This document shows positions 9,106 through 17,222 of a stretch of DNA of 57,102 bases, piece by piece. The notes below the pieces were generated by a model. That model did not search any database. It was not told the DNA's origin and was given only the letters and a program-made list of their open reading frames with translations. The DNA lies in the NCBI GenBank assembly GCA_035492735.1, contig DATJIZ010000036.1:1-57102 (forward strand). Direction: 5' to 3'. Position 1 is the first letter of the stretch. Every line of letters starts with the position of its first letter. A program made the translations under genes and the position numbers. This DNA comes from Gemmatimonadaceae bacterium. GTDB taxonomy: Bacteria > Gemmatimonadota > Gemmatimonadetes > Gemmatimonadales > Gemmatimonadaceae.

Positions 9106-10095
9106 TCAGCTCAGCAGGCGAATCTCGCCCACGACTTCGCCGCGGGTGTTGCGCACCGGCCGGCGAAGATATTCCTCGAGGCGCGACGGCAGCACCGTGG
9201 GCAGTACGTCGAACATCTGCAGCAGCCGGATGACGGCCGGGAACTGCGCGCGCTGGGCTCCGTCTTCGACCTTGATGGCAAATCCGATCCCCTGCTCCGG
9301 GATCGCCACCGAGTGCACACCCTCGGCGCCGATCTTCGCGACGGCCCGGCCCTCGCTCTCCTCGATGAGCAGCGAGTCGAACCGTTCGGTGCCGCCGATC
9401 AGGAACGGCCGCGTCCTCATCGCGTGGACGACGCGCTCGGCGGGTTCCTCGCGCGCATCGGCGGCACGCGCGAGGCGCGACCACGCTCGCGCCATGTTCT
9501 CGAGGGGCAGCGCGAAGGCGACGACGCCGCAGCCATCGACCGCCTGACCGACGTCGCACTCCGCGAGCCCCGACCAGGTCGAGACGAACTGCAGACAGCA
9601 TCGCTGGACTGGATGGTCCCGACGCTCGTAGCCGTACGTGGGCCAGCCAGCAGTTTGAGCGCGCGCCAGCATCGCGGCGTGCTTTCCCGAACAGTTGTTG
9701 TGCAACCGGGTCAGCCGAGCCCCCGATTCGCGCAGCAGCTTGAGCCCGCGGGCCGACAGCGGATCGTGCGGCCCACACGCCAGGTCGCCTTCCTCGAGCC
9801 CGACGTCGGCGAGCATTCGTTCCGCCAGCGCCACGTGCTCCGGCTCGCCGCCGTGCGATGCGCAGGCGAGCGCCAGCTGGTCGTCGCCCCAATGCAGCTC
9901 GTCGAAGCCGCCCGATTCCAGAAATGGCATGACCTGGAATGGCTTGGCGCAGGAGCGCCACGAGCACACGAACCCCGGATCGCCCGCGGCGGCGACGAGC
10001 GAATCGTCGACGCCAACGATCGCGCCGTGCACGCGGTGTCGCGATTCGATCTCGTCGCCGCGTGTGGCGACGACATCCAGCTCGAGCGTTTGCAT
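9106..10095 (-). CDS. Asparaginase II family protein (Rhizobium-type, PF06089-like)
   Basis: Motifs shared with R. etli asparaginase II: IESRHRVH, SCAKPFQ, ACASHGGE, NNCSGKHAAML, RDHPVQ, DGCG. 329 aa. Confidence 0.8.
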   Translation of the reverse strand: MQTLELDVVATRGDEIESRHRVHGAIVGVDDSLVAAAGDPGFVCSWRSCAKPFQVMPFLESGGFDELHWGDDQLALACASHGGEPEHVALAERMLADVGLEEGDLACGPHDPLSARGLKLLRESGARLTRLHNNCSGKHAAMLARAQTAGWPTYGYERRDHPVQRCCLQFVSTWSGLAECDVGQAVDGCGVVAFALPLENMARAWSRLARAADAREEPAERVVHAMRTRPFLIGGTERFDSLLIEESEGRAVAKIGAEGVHSVAIPEQGIGFAIKVEDGAQRAQFPAVIRLLQMFDVLPTVLPSRLEEYLRRPVRNTRGEVVGEIRLLS

Positions 10096-10168
10096 CAGAT
10101 AAAGTCCGTCGACGTGCGCGGAAGGACGCGGCGGGACAACGAGCGCGATCCGCGATGGTGTTCGAAAC

Positions 10169-11089
10169 TTAATCGACGTTGGGCACCGGGTGGGCGGTCT
10201 GGGTTCTCGTTGCTTTCTGCGCTCGAGCCGTGACGTAAATCCCGACGAGGATCAACGCGCCGCCCAACAAGGTCTCCACGCTCGGCAGCTCGCGTATTCC
10301 CGGCAGCGTCGCGGCGAGCACCGTGGCGCCGACCGGCTCGCCGAGCAGCGTCAGGTTGACGACGTACGCGGGGAGATACTTGAGCGCCCAGTTGAGGCCC
10401 GTGTGGCCGAACAGCATCGGGCCGATGGCAAGGGCCGCGAAAATCTCCAGCTCACGGGGCGGCTGGCCGAGCACCGGCGCGTGAACGCTCGCCGCCATCG
10501 CGAGGAGCACGACGAAGCACGTACCGTAGACGACGCCGACGTACGGCCACAGGTCGAGCGTGAAGCGGAGCCGGCGACCGGCGACGACGTAGCAGGCGGC
10601 CGTCGCCGCGCCGACGAGCGCAAGGATGTCTCCGAGCAGCGCGCGACTGCTGGTGCTTCCGGTCTGCGCCGCAAGGTCGGGCAGCGCCACCACGAACGCG
10701 CCGAGCATCGCGATCGCGATACCGCCCCACTGCTTGCCATTCGGCGGCTCGCGGAGCCACGCGCCGGAAAGCAGCGCCACGAGTGCCGGCTGCATGTTCA
10801 CCAACACGACCGAGGCGGCGACCGTCGTGAGGCCGATCGACGCGTTCCAGGTCCAGAAGTGGACGGCGAGCATCGCGCCGGCACCCACGGCGACGATCAC
10901 CGATCTCCGGTCGAGCCGTCGCCACTGCCGCCACGTCCCGGTGACCACCAGCGCGGCGGCGATGACGATCAGCGCGAAGCCCAGCCGCCAGATCGCGATG
11001 GCGAGTGGATGCGCGTGCGAGAGCCGAACGAGCGGCCCCGCGAAGGAGACGCCGACCAGCGCGAGGAACAGCACGAGCGATGGCGACAT
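10169..11089 (-). CDS. EamA/DMT family transporter
   Basis: 306 aa and very hydrophobic, with about 10 predicted TM segments and a duplicated EamA-like organisation. Confidence 0.8.
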   Translation of the reverse strand: MSPSLVLFLALVGVSFAGPLVRLSHAHPLAIAIWRLGFALIVIAAALVVTGTWRQWRRLDRRSVIVAVGAGAMLAVHFWTWNASIGLTTVAASVVLVNMQPALVALLSGAWLREPPNGKQWGGIAIAMLGAFVVALPDLAAQTGSTSSRALLGDILALVGAATAACYVVAGRRLRFTLDLWPYVGVVYGTCFVVLLAMAASVHAPVLGQPPRELEIFAALAIGPMLFGHTGLNWALKYLPAYVVNLTLLGEPVGATVLAATLPGIRELPSVETLLGGALILVGIYVTARAQKATRTQTAHPVPNVD

Positions 11090-11148
11090 GGCGCGGGAGT
11101 GTACGGGCGGATCAGAAGATCGTCAATCCGCTCGGTCGTCCCGCGGTG

Positions 11149-12135
11149 CTACTTGCAGTTCAGCACGCAGATCATGCCGCGCATGTAACGATGCGGATCC
11201 TTGCGGACGTCCTCGAGGATCGCGCCGAGATCCGTGGTCAGCTTGTTCAACCGGTCGTAGAGCGTCGGATCGTTCAGCATGCGCGGGATCGGGCCCTGCC
11301 CGCTCGACAGCGCCTTCATCAGCGAATCGCCGGCCTGCGCCATGTTCACGAGATGTGTATACAAGGAATCATCGCGCAGCAGCTTGCCGATCGTGCCGTT
11401 CTTGTCGTTGAGCGAGACGACGAGCGAGTCCGCCGACGTGATCACGGACACGAAGCGGTTGTACAAGGTCGGATCGTCGAGCAGCCGGGCGAACGTTCCA
11501 TTGGGGTTCTGGAGCCGGGACAGCATCGTGTTCGCTCGCGAGATCGTCGCGACGAACTGATCGTACAGCGCGCGATTGGTGACCAGCTGCCCGACCGTCC
11601 CCTGGCCGTTGAGGATGCCTTTCGTGAGGTCGCGCAGATCGTGCGTCAGATCGACCATGTCGTTCACGGCGCTCGCCGCCTGCGCAAGCACGGCCTCGTA
11701 ATCGAGCGACGGCGCGACGGCGATCGTGTCGCCGTCGCGCAGCACGCCGTAGCGCGGCGTCCCGATCGAGATGTCGATCACCCGGTCACCGAGTAGCCCG
11801 AGGGTGCGCACCTTTGCCCTCGAGTCGCTGCGGATCTGATTTTGCAGGGCCGCATCGACCGCCAGCCGCAGGCGCAGATTGCGGGTCGTGTCATTGTCGA
11901 CCGGCAGAAAGTCGATCGATTTGATCGTGCCCGCGAACTGACCGGCGACGAGCACCGTGCCGCCCGCGACCAGCCCGTTGGCGTTCGGCAGGTACGCGAT
12001 CAGCTCGTAGCGACGGTGAAAGAGGTTCGCGGCCTGACCGAGCTTGTAGATGGCCACGCCGATGACGCCGAGCGCCACCAGGATCACGACCCCGACCTTG
12101 AGCTGTTCCCAGGTGATGAACGAGGAGCGCTTCAT
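11149..12135 (-). CDS. MCE/MlaD family substrate-binding protein of an ABC transporter
   Basis: N-terminal TM anchor (LKVGVVILVALGVIGVAIY) and an MCE domain (YLPNANGLVAGGTVLVAGQFAGTIKSIDF). It lies directly downstream of the ATPase and permease genes. Confidence 0.8.
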   Translation of the reverse strand: MKRSSFITWEQLKVGVVILVALGVIGVAIYKLGQAANLFHRRYELIAYLPNANGLVAGGTVLVAGQFAGTIKSIDFLPVDNDTTRNLRLRLAVDAALQNQIRSDSRAKVRTLGLLGDRVIDISIGTPRYGVLRDGDTIAVAPSLDYEAVLAQAASAVNDMVDLTHDLRDLTKGILNGQGTVGQLVTNRALYDQFVATISRANTMLSRLQNPNGTFARLLDDPTLYNRFVSVITSADSLVVSLNDKNGTIGKLLRDDSLYTHLVNMAQAGDSLMKALSSGQGPIPRMLNDPTLYDRLNKLTTDLGAILEDVRKDPHRYMRGMICVLNCK

Positions 12136-12137
12136 CG

Positions 12138-13055
12138 CTAGGCGCCACCCAGGAAGTCCATGATGTACCGATCGTCGCTCCCCGCCATCTCCTCGGGCGT
12201 GCCGAAGAACACGATGTGGTGCTCGTTGAGGAGCGCCACCTTGCTCGACATCCGGAACACCGAACGGATGTCGTGCGAGACCACGATACTCGTGACGCCC
12301 AGCTCGCGCTGCAGCTTCATGATCAGCTTCGTGATCGTGGCGGTCGTGAGCGGATCGAGCCCCGAGGTCGGCTCGTCATAGAGCATGATCTCCGGATTGT
12401 TCGCCATGCCGCGCGCCACGCCGACGCGCTTGCGCATGCCGCCCGAGAGCTCGGCCGGCATCTGCTCCATGACGCGATCGGCGTCGAGGTCGACGAACTG
12501 GAGCTTCTCGCGCACGCGCTCCGCGATCTCGTCTTCGCCGAGGTCCGTGTGCTCCCGGAGCGGATAGGCCACGTTCTCGAACACGGTCATCGAGTCGAAG
12601 AGCGCGGCGCCCTGGAACACCATGCCCATCTTTTGCCGCACCATGAGCGCCTCGTCGAACGTGAGCGAGGTGATGTCCTCGCCGTCGATGCGGACGGCGC
12701 CGCGGTCGGGCACGAGCAGGCGCAGGATGAGCTTGAGGATCGTGCTTTTGCCGGTGCCCGATTCGCCGACGATCGCCACCGTCTCGCCTTCGCGCGCGAC
12801 CAGCGACACGTCCTCGAGCACCGGGATGTCGAAGGAGAGCCACACGTGATCGAGCTCCACGACCGGCGCGGGCAGCCCATCGGGCGAGCGGCGCGGCGAC
12901 CGGCGCGCGGCGCGGGCCGCATCCGAGGCGTCCGTGGCGAGCTCCGAGCGGATCGCCTGCCGAACCGCGGCCGGTCGGCGCCGCTCGCCCGCCGGAGACG
13001 TCGCGGCACCCTCACGGTCGCCGGAGTCACGCCGATCGCCCCGGTCATCCGCCAT
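12138..13055 (-). CDS. ABC transporter ATP-binding protein, MlaF-like, with an N-terminal charged extension of about 65 aa
   Basis: Walker A GESGTGKST, signature LSGGMRKRV and Walker B IMLYDEPTSGLD. The ATG at 13055 overlaps the permease stop by 11 nt. An alternative GTG at 12860 would remove the extension. Confidence 0.85.
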   Translation of the reverse strand: MADDRGDRRDSGDREGAATSPAGERRRPAAVRQAIRSELATDASDAARAARRSPRRSPDGLPAPVVELDHVWLSFDIPVLEDVSLVAREGETVAIVGESGTGKSTILKLILRLLVPDRGAVRIDGEDITSLTFDEALMVRQKMGMVFQGAALFDSMTVFENVAYPLREHTDLGEDEIAERVREKLQFVDLDADRVMEQMPAELSGGMRKRVGVARGMANNPEIMLYDEPTSGLDPLTTATITKLIMKLQRELGVTSIVVSHDIRSVFRMSSKVALLNEHHIVFFGTPEEMAGSDDRYIMDFLGGA

Positions 13056-13863
13056 ACGTCAGGACGGACAGCAGCAACTGCGTGATGAAATAGTCGACGA
13101 TCAGAATCAGGATGCTCGACGTGACGACCGTCCGCGTCGTCGCCTGCCCTACGCCCTCGGTGCCGCCCGTGGTCCCCAGGCCGAAGTAGCACGCGGTGAT
13201 CGATATGATCGCGCCAAACACCAGCGGCTTCGTCAACCCCTGAATGAAATCGTTCGGAACGAACCGCGCGGTGAAGCCGTCATTGGCGATCTGCTGCCAG
13301 ACCGTGTGCCAGTACTGCGACGTCGGGACGCCGACCACGAACGACGCGATGATGTTGCCGCCGATGATGCCGATGAAGTCGTTGATGATCGTGAGCACCG
13401 GGACCATCACGAGCGCGGCGACGACGCGCGGGGTCACGAGTTTCTTGATCGGATCGGTGCCGAGCGTATTCAGGGCGTCGATCTGCTCCGTCACGCGCAT
13501 CGACCCGAGCTGCGCGGCGATTCCCGAGCCGACGCGGCCGGCGACCATCAGCCCGGCGAGGACGGGCCCAAGCTCCCGGATCATCGACGCCGACACGAGG
13601 TTGCCGATGTAGATCGTCGCGCCGAACGTCTTGAGCTGCACCGACGACTGCAGCGCGAGCACCATTCCGGTGAACAGCCCGGTGAGCAGCACGATCCCGA
13701 GACTCTTGACGCCAATCTCGTCCATTTGCTGCACTGCGTCCTGCGCGTAGAACGGGCGCGCGAACATGAAACGGACGGAGTTGCCGGCGAGGACGAAATA
13801 ATCCTGCAGGGTCAGGACTCTTGCTTTCGCCGTCTCGTTGAGGCGTGTGAGTAGTTCGGGCAA
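13045..13863 (-). CDS. ABC transporter permease, MlaE-like
   Basis: 272-aa polytopic protein with MlaE-like motifs (ELGPVLAGLMVAGRVGSGIAAQLGSMRVTEQIDAL). TTG start at 13863. Confidence 0.85.
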   Translation of the reverse strand: MPELLTRLNETAKARVLTLQDYFVLAGNSVRFMFARPFYAQDAVQQMDEIGVKSLGIVLLTGLFTGMVLALQSSVQLKTFGATIYIGNLVSASMIRELGPVLAGLMVAGRVGSGIAAQLGSMRVTEQIDALNTLGTDPIKKLVTPRVVAALVMVPVLTIINDFIGIIGGNIIASFVVGVPTSQYWHTVWQQIANDGFTARFVPNDFIQGLTKPLVFGAIISITACYFGLGTTGGTEGVGQATTRTVVTSSILILIVDYFITQLLLSVLTYGG

Positions 13864-13980
13864 GCCAGTGCGGTCGCGTGCAGGCGTATGGAGGACAGTC
13901 GAGTCCGGAAAAGGGCAAGGGCTGTGCCGGAGACAGCCGTTCGGTTGACCGCGGCAAGGCGGACGCTAGCTTCCGGCGCG

Positions 13981-14997
13981 ATGCCTCCCGCCCCGCTCAT
14001 TTCGCGCGACCGGCTGATGGGCCTGCTCGACGCCGCATCGCGCGTCCGCGTTGCCGTGGTCGGCGACGCGATGCTCGACGTGTACCTGCGCGGCGAGGTC
14101 GACCGGATCTCACCCGAGGCGCCCGTCCCCGTGGTGCACGTGCGCGAGCGCCGGCACGCACTCGGCGGTGCCGGAAACGTTGCGCAGAACGTCCGGGCGG
14201 TCGGTGCATTCTGCGACCTGGTCGCGGCCATCGGCGACGATGCGGGAGGACGGAGCCTCTGCGGCATGCTGCGCGACATCGGCGCGCCGCTCGATTCATT
14301 GATCACCGTGGACCGGCCCACGACCACGAAGACGCGCATTGTCGCGCGCTCGCAGCAGGTCGTCCGCGTCGACGAAGAGGACGACGGCGATCTCGAGGGC
14401 GACGAGGTCGCGCGCCTGATCCGCGCCGTCGAAGCCGCCGTTGCGAGCGCCGACGCGCTGATCCTCGAGGACTACAACAAGGGCGTGCTCGAGCCGCGCG
14501 TCATCGAGGCGGCGATGCGCGCTGCGCGCGCCAAGGCCATTCCGATCGTGGTCGATCCGAAGTACCGGAACTTCTTTTTGTTCCGCGGCGCGACGATTTT
14601 CAAGCCGAATCGACGGGAGCTGGAGGCGGCCCTGGGCGCCGCGGTCGATCTGGAGCATCCCGAAGCACTCCCGACCACCTTCAGTCGCCTCGGCGCCGAA
14701 CACTTGCTGCTTACGCTCGGCGAGCGCGGAATGGCGCTGATCTCGGCGGGTGGCCGCGTGGAGCACGTGCCGACCGCGGCGCGCGAGGTGTACGACGTGG
14801 TGGGCGCGGGCGACACGGTGACGGCGTATCTCGCGGTCGCGCTCGCGGCGGGTGGATCGGCGAGCGAAGCCGCGGTGATGGCGAACTTCGCGGCGGGCGT
14901 GGAAGTCGGCAAACTGGGCGCCGCCACCGTCGCGCCTAACGAGGTGATTGATGCGTACGACGCGTACGTGGCGGATCCACTCGCGAGCCCCGCGTAG
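13981..14997 (+). CDS. D-glycero-beta-D-manno-heptose-7-phosphate kinase (RfaE/HldE domain I only; PfkB family)
   Basis: VAVVGDAMLDVYLRGEVDRISPEAPVPVVHV, then the PfkB signature GAGDTV. I chose the ATG at 13981 because codons 13888..13980 have poor GC3 and rare codons. There is no fused adenylyltransferase domain. Confidence 0.8.
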   Translation: MPPAPLISRDRLMGLLDAASRVRVAVVGDAMLDVYLRGEVDRISPEAPVPVVHVRERRHALGGAGNVAQNVRAVGAFCDLVAAIGDDAGGRSLCGMLRDIGAPLDSLITVDRPTTTKTRIVARSQQVVRVDEEDDGDLEGDEVARLIRAVEAAVASADALILEDYNKGVLEPRVIEAAMRAARAKAIPIVVDPKYRNFFLFRGATIFKPNRRELEAALGAAVDLEHPEALPTTFSRLGAEHLLLTLGERGMALISAGGRVEHVPTAAREVYDVVGAGDTVTAYLAVALAAGGSASEAAVMANFAAGVEVGKLGAATVAPNEVIDAYDAYVADPLASPA

Positions 14998-15008
14998 CGG
15001 CGGCGCGC

Positions 15009-15037
15009 TTGCGGCGTCCGTGGCGATGCCCTAAGTA
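15009..15037 (+). promoter_or_regulatory. Candidate promoter for the tRNA genes (TTGCGG-N17-TAAGTA)
   Basis: TTGCGG at 15009..15014, a 17-nt spacer, then TAAGTA at 15032..15037, 12 nt before the tRNA 5' end. The -10 flavour is the same as the rpsU candidate. Motif match only. Confidence 0.3.
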
Positions 15038-15049
15038 GCGATGCAGTGC

Positions 15050-15123
15050 GGGCCCGTAGCTCAGTTGGTTAGAGCAGAGGACTCATAATCCTACGGTCGC
15101 AGGTTCGAGCCCTGCCGGGCCCA
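15050..15123 (+). tRNA. tRNA with CAT anticodon (elongator Met, or Ile2 if lysidine-modified)
   Basis: Cloverleaf folded by hand: acceptor GGGCCCG/CGGGCCC, D arm GCTC..GAGC, anticodon loop CTCATAA, T arm GCAGG-TTCGAGC-CCTGC, discriminator A. No CCA is encoded. It lacks the initiator features (C1:A72 mismatch, GGG/CCC anticodon stem). Confidence 0.9.
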
Positions 15124-15262
15124 TTCGCGCAAGTGGTCGCGCTGACGTTCGATGCGTGTGCCGCGACGACTCATTGCGCACTGACTGGCGACAAGAGGCG
15201 ATCGGCGTCGTTCGGGCGACAGCTACCACAACGTCTTTGCGCCGCTTACTTTACGCCCTTCA

Positions 15263-15336
15263 GGTCGCGTAGCTCAGCTGGTTAGAGCGCCGGTCTCACA
15301 TACCGGAGGTCCAGGGTTCGAGTCCCCGCGCGACCA
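15263..15336 (+). tRNA. tRNA-Val (CAC)
   Basis: Acceptor GGTCGCG/CGCGACC, D arm GCTC..GAGC, anticodon stem CCGGT/ACCGG with loop CTCACAT (anticodon CAC at 15297..15299), T loop TTCGAGT, discriminator A. Confidence 0.9.
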
Positions 15337-15340
15337 TGCG

Positions 15341-15371
15341 CAAAGCCCCGCACGATCAGTGCGGGGCTTTG
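15341..15371. terminator. Perfect 13-bp hairpin between convergent tRNA-Val and hflX (likely bidirectional terminator)
   Basis: CAAAGCCCCGCAC, loop GATCA, then GTGCGGGGCTTTG. The hflX stop codon (15356..15358) sits in the loop. Short T/A runs flank both sides. Confidence 0.6.
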
Positions 15372-16666
15372 CCGTTCGAGACCTCGGCGCCGGCCCGACG
15401 GAGGCGGCCGACCAGTGCCTCGTCCACGCGCGCCTCAAGCAGCAGGCGCTCGCCGTCCATGCGCTGGTCCAGCACCTCGCCGTCACGATGGACCTCGGCC
15501 AGGAGCTTACCGTCGCCGGGCGACATCCAGATCCTCGCCACCGGCCGCCGCGCGCGCACCATCGCCACGAGTGCGCGCTTGAGCGGCTCCAACCCGTCCT
15601 CGGTCATCGTGGACACGAAGACGGAGAGCGGCGCGAGCGCGCCGATGCGCTCCTGCAGTGCGAGCAGCTCGTCGTGCTCGAGGAGGTCGATCTTGTTGAA
15701 AACGAGGAGTCGCGGCCGGTCGCCCACATTCAGCTCGTCGAGCACCTGATCGACGACGATGCGCTGCTCCTCCCAGTTCGGGGAGCTCGCATCGATCACG
15801 TGCAGCAACAGGTCCGCTTCGCGCGTCTCCTCCAGCGTGGCGCGGAACGACGCCACCAGATGGTGCGGCAGCTTGCGGATGAAGCCGACGGTGTCCGTCA
15901 GGAGCACGTGGGCGTGGTCGCCGAGGTCGACGTCGCGCGTGAGCGGATCGAGCGTCGCAAAGAGGCGGTCCTCGACGAGGATGTCGCGCGAGCCGGAGAG
16001 CGCCCGGAGCACCGACGATTTTCCGGCGTTGGTGTATCCGACCAGCGACGCCTTGAATTCAGTTTGCCGAGACTGTCGCTGGATGGCACGACCGCGCTGC
16101 ACGTCCCGCAGCCGGTCGCGCAGCACCTTGATGCGATGGCTGATCAGCCGACGGTCGGTCTCGAGCTGGGTCTCGCCGGGACCGCGCATGCCGATGCCGC
16201 CGCGAAACTTCTCGAGGTGCGTCCACATCCGCGTGAGCCGCGGCAGCATGTACTCGAGCTGTGCCAGCTCGACCTGCATCTTGGCCTCGCTGGTGCGCGC
16301 GCGCGTCGCGAAGATGTCGAGAATCAGCTCGGCGCGATCCATCACGCGCCGGCCGATTGCATCCTCGATGTTCTTGCCCTGGCTCGGCGACAACTCGTCG
16401 TCGAACAACACGAGCGAGGCATCGGTCTCGAGCACGCGCTCCCGCAACTCCTCGATCTTCCCGCTTCCCAGATAGGTCCCGGGATGCGGCCGATCGATCT
16501 GCTGCGTGAATTCACCGACGACGACGGCGCCCGCGGTGTCGGCCAGATCCGCCAGCTCGCGCAGGTGGTCGTCGACGACACGGCGCGCGCCCGGCCGCTT
16601 GAGCGGCGCGCCGACGAGAAGCGCCCGCTCGATCGGCGGCGCGATGACGATGGGTGCTCGGGTTAT
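15356..16666 (-). CDS. hflX: GTPase HflX (5' boundary unresolved; see findings)
   Basis: G domain (GYTNAGKSS, DTVGFI, NKID) and the HflX linker (LQVELAQLEYMLPRLTRMWTHLEKFRGGIGMRGPGETQLETDRR). The track ORF starts at TTG 16447. However, the conserved N-domain (ERALLVGAP...HPGTYLGSGKIEEL) continues in frame upstream to the TAG at 16709 with no ATG, GTG or TTG. The 16666 boundary is a tentative ATA behind a GAGGA. Confidence 0.8.
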   Translation of the reverse strand: MTRAPIVIAPPIERALLVGAPLKRPGARRVVDDHLRELADLADTAGAVVVGEFTQQIDRPHPGTYLGSGKIEELRERVLETDASLVLFDDELSPSQGKNIEDAIGRRVMDRAELILDIFATRARTSEAKMQVELAQLEYMLPRLTRMWTHLEKFRGGIGMRGPGETQLETDRRLISHRIKVLRDRLRDVQRGRAIQRQSRQTEFKASLVGYTNAGKSSVLRALSGSRDILVEDRLFATLDPLTRDVDLGDHAHVLLTDTVGFIRKLPHHLVASFRATLEETREADLLLHVIDASSPNWEEQRIVVDQVLDELNVGDRPRLLVFNKIDLLEHDELLALQERIGALAPLSVFVSTMTEDGLEPLKRALVAMVRARRPVARIWMSPGDGKLLAEVHRDGEVLDQRMDGERLLLEARVDEALVGRLRRAGAEVSNGKAPH

Positions 16667-16708
16667 GTCAGCATCCTCGATCCAAAGATGGTCAACCGAC
16701 GCGACCGG

Positions 16709-17188
16709 CTACCTGCCGATTCCCGTCGTCGTGAAGCGGCCGGTCGCGGTGTATGGGACGGTGAAGCTCCCCACCGGCGATCCTACCGTGACGTCGCCCA
16801 ACACGTGATAGTCGACTGCGCCGGTGTTCAACAGGCTTCGCCCAGCGGCGCCGATACCGGCGTACGTGAAGCTGACCGGAACCGTGACGATCGTCGAGTC
16901 GTTGTCGTTCACGGTGAATTTGGTGTCGAGCGCTCCATCGGCCAGCCGGATGCTGTCGCCCGCCAGATTCACCTTGTACGTGAGCCGCGTCGCATCGAGC
17001 CGATAGTGATTCGGGTTGTACACGCTCAGCAACACGTCCAGACTTCCGCCAGTCAACCCGACGCCGCGCACTCGCACATCGCGCAAATGAACCACCGGAT
17101 CCTTGAACGCCGCGTGCCCGAGCGCCGAGCATCCGATGCCCAAGCCGATCGCCGCCGAGGCCGCCACTGCCGCCACGAGTTTCCTCAT
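16709..17188 (-). CDS. LEA_2 / NDR1-HIN1 (WHy)-like lipoprotein
   Basis: ATG at 17188 behind a GGGGGAAG SD. Signal peptide with lipobox (AAIGLGIGC). The body shows the LEA_2 pattern (VHLRDVRVRGVGLTGGSLDVLLSVYNPNHYRLDATRLTYKVNLAG). 159 aa. Confidence 0.7.
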   Translation of the reverse strand: MRKLVAAVAASAAIGLGIGCSALGHAAFKDPVVHLRDVRVRGVGLTGGSLDVLLSVYNPNHYRLDATRLTYKVNLAGDSIRLADGALDTKFTVNDNDSTIVTVPVSFTYAGIGAAGRSLLNTGAVDYHVLGDVTVGSPVGSFTVPYTATGRFTTTGIGR

Positions 17189-17222
17189 CGTGCTTCCCCC
17201 ATTCCCCAGTAGAGAACTCCCC

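Noticed and set aside
9062-9967. N-terminal 302-aa extension of the CMD-family ORF (track ORF 8423..9967)
   Set aside because: It is an Arg-rich shadow overlapping the asparaginase II gene. The CMD-like sequence starts at ATG 9061.
15050-15336. tRNA genes as an integration hotspot for a genomic island
   Set aside because: There is no integrase, no phage or IS genes, no compositional shift, and no direct repeat of a tRNA 3' end that I could spot. The flanking genes are core housekeeping genes.
16709-16711. Possible TAG readthrough fusing the LEA_2 lipoprotein to HflX (same frame, single stop)
   Set aside because: This would fuse an exported, lipid-anchored protein to a cytoplasmic ribosome-associated GTPase, which is topologically implausible. 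Non-canonical initiation or a sequence error explains the same data more simply.
15359-17212. 617-aa plus-strand ORF
   Set aside because: It is antisense to hflX and the LEA_2 lipoprotein gene, with Arg/Asp/His-rich shadow-frame composition.
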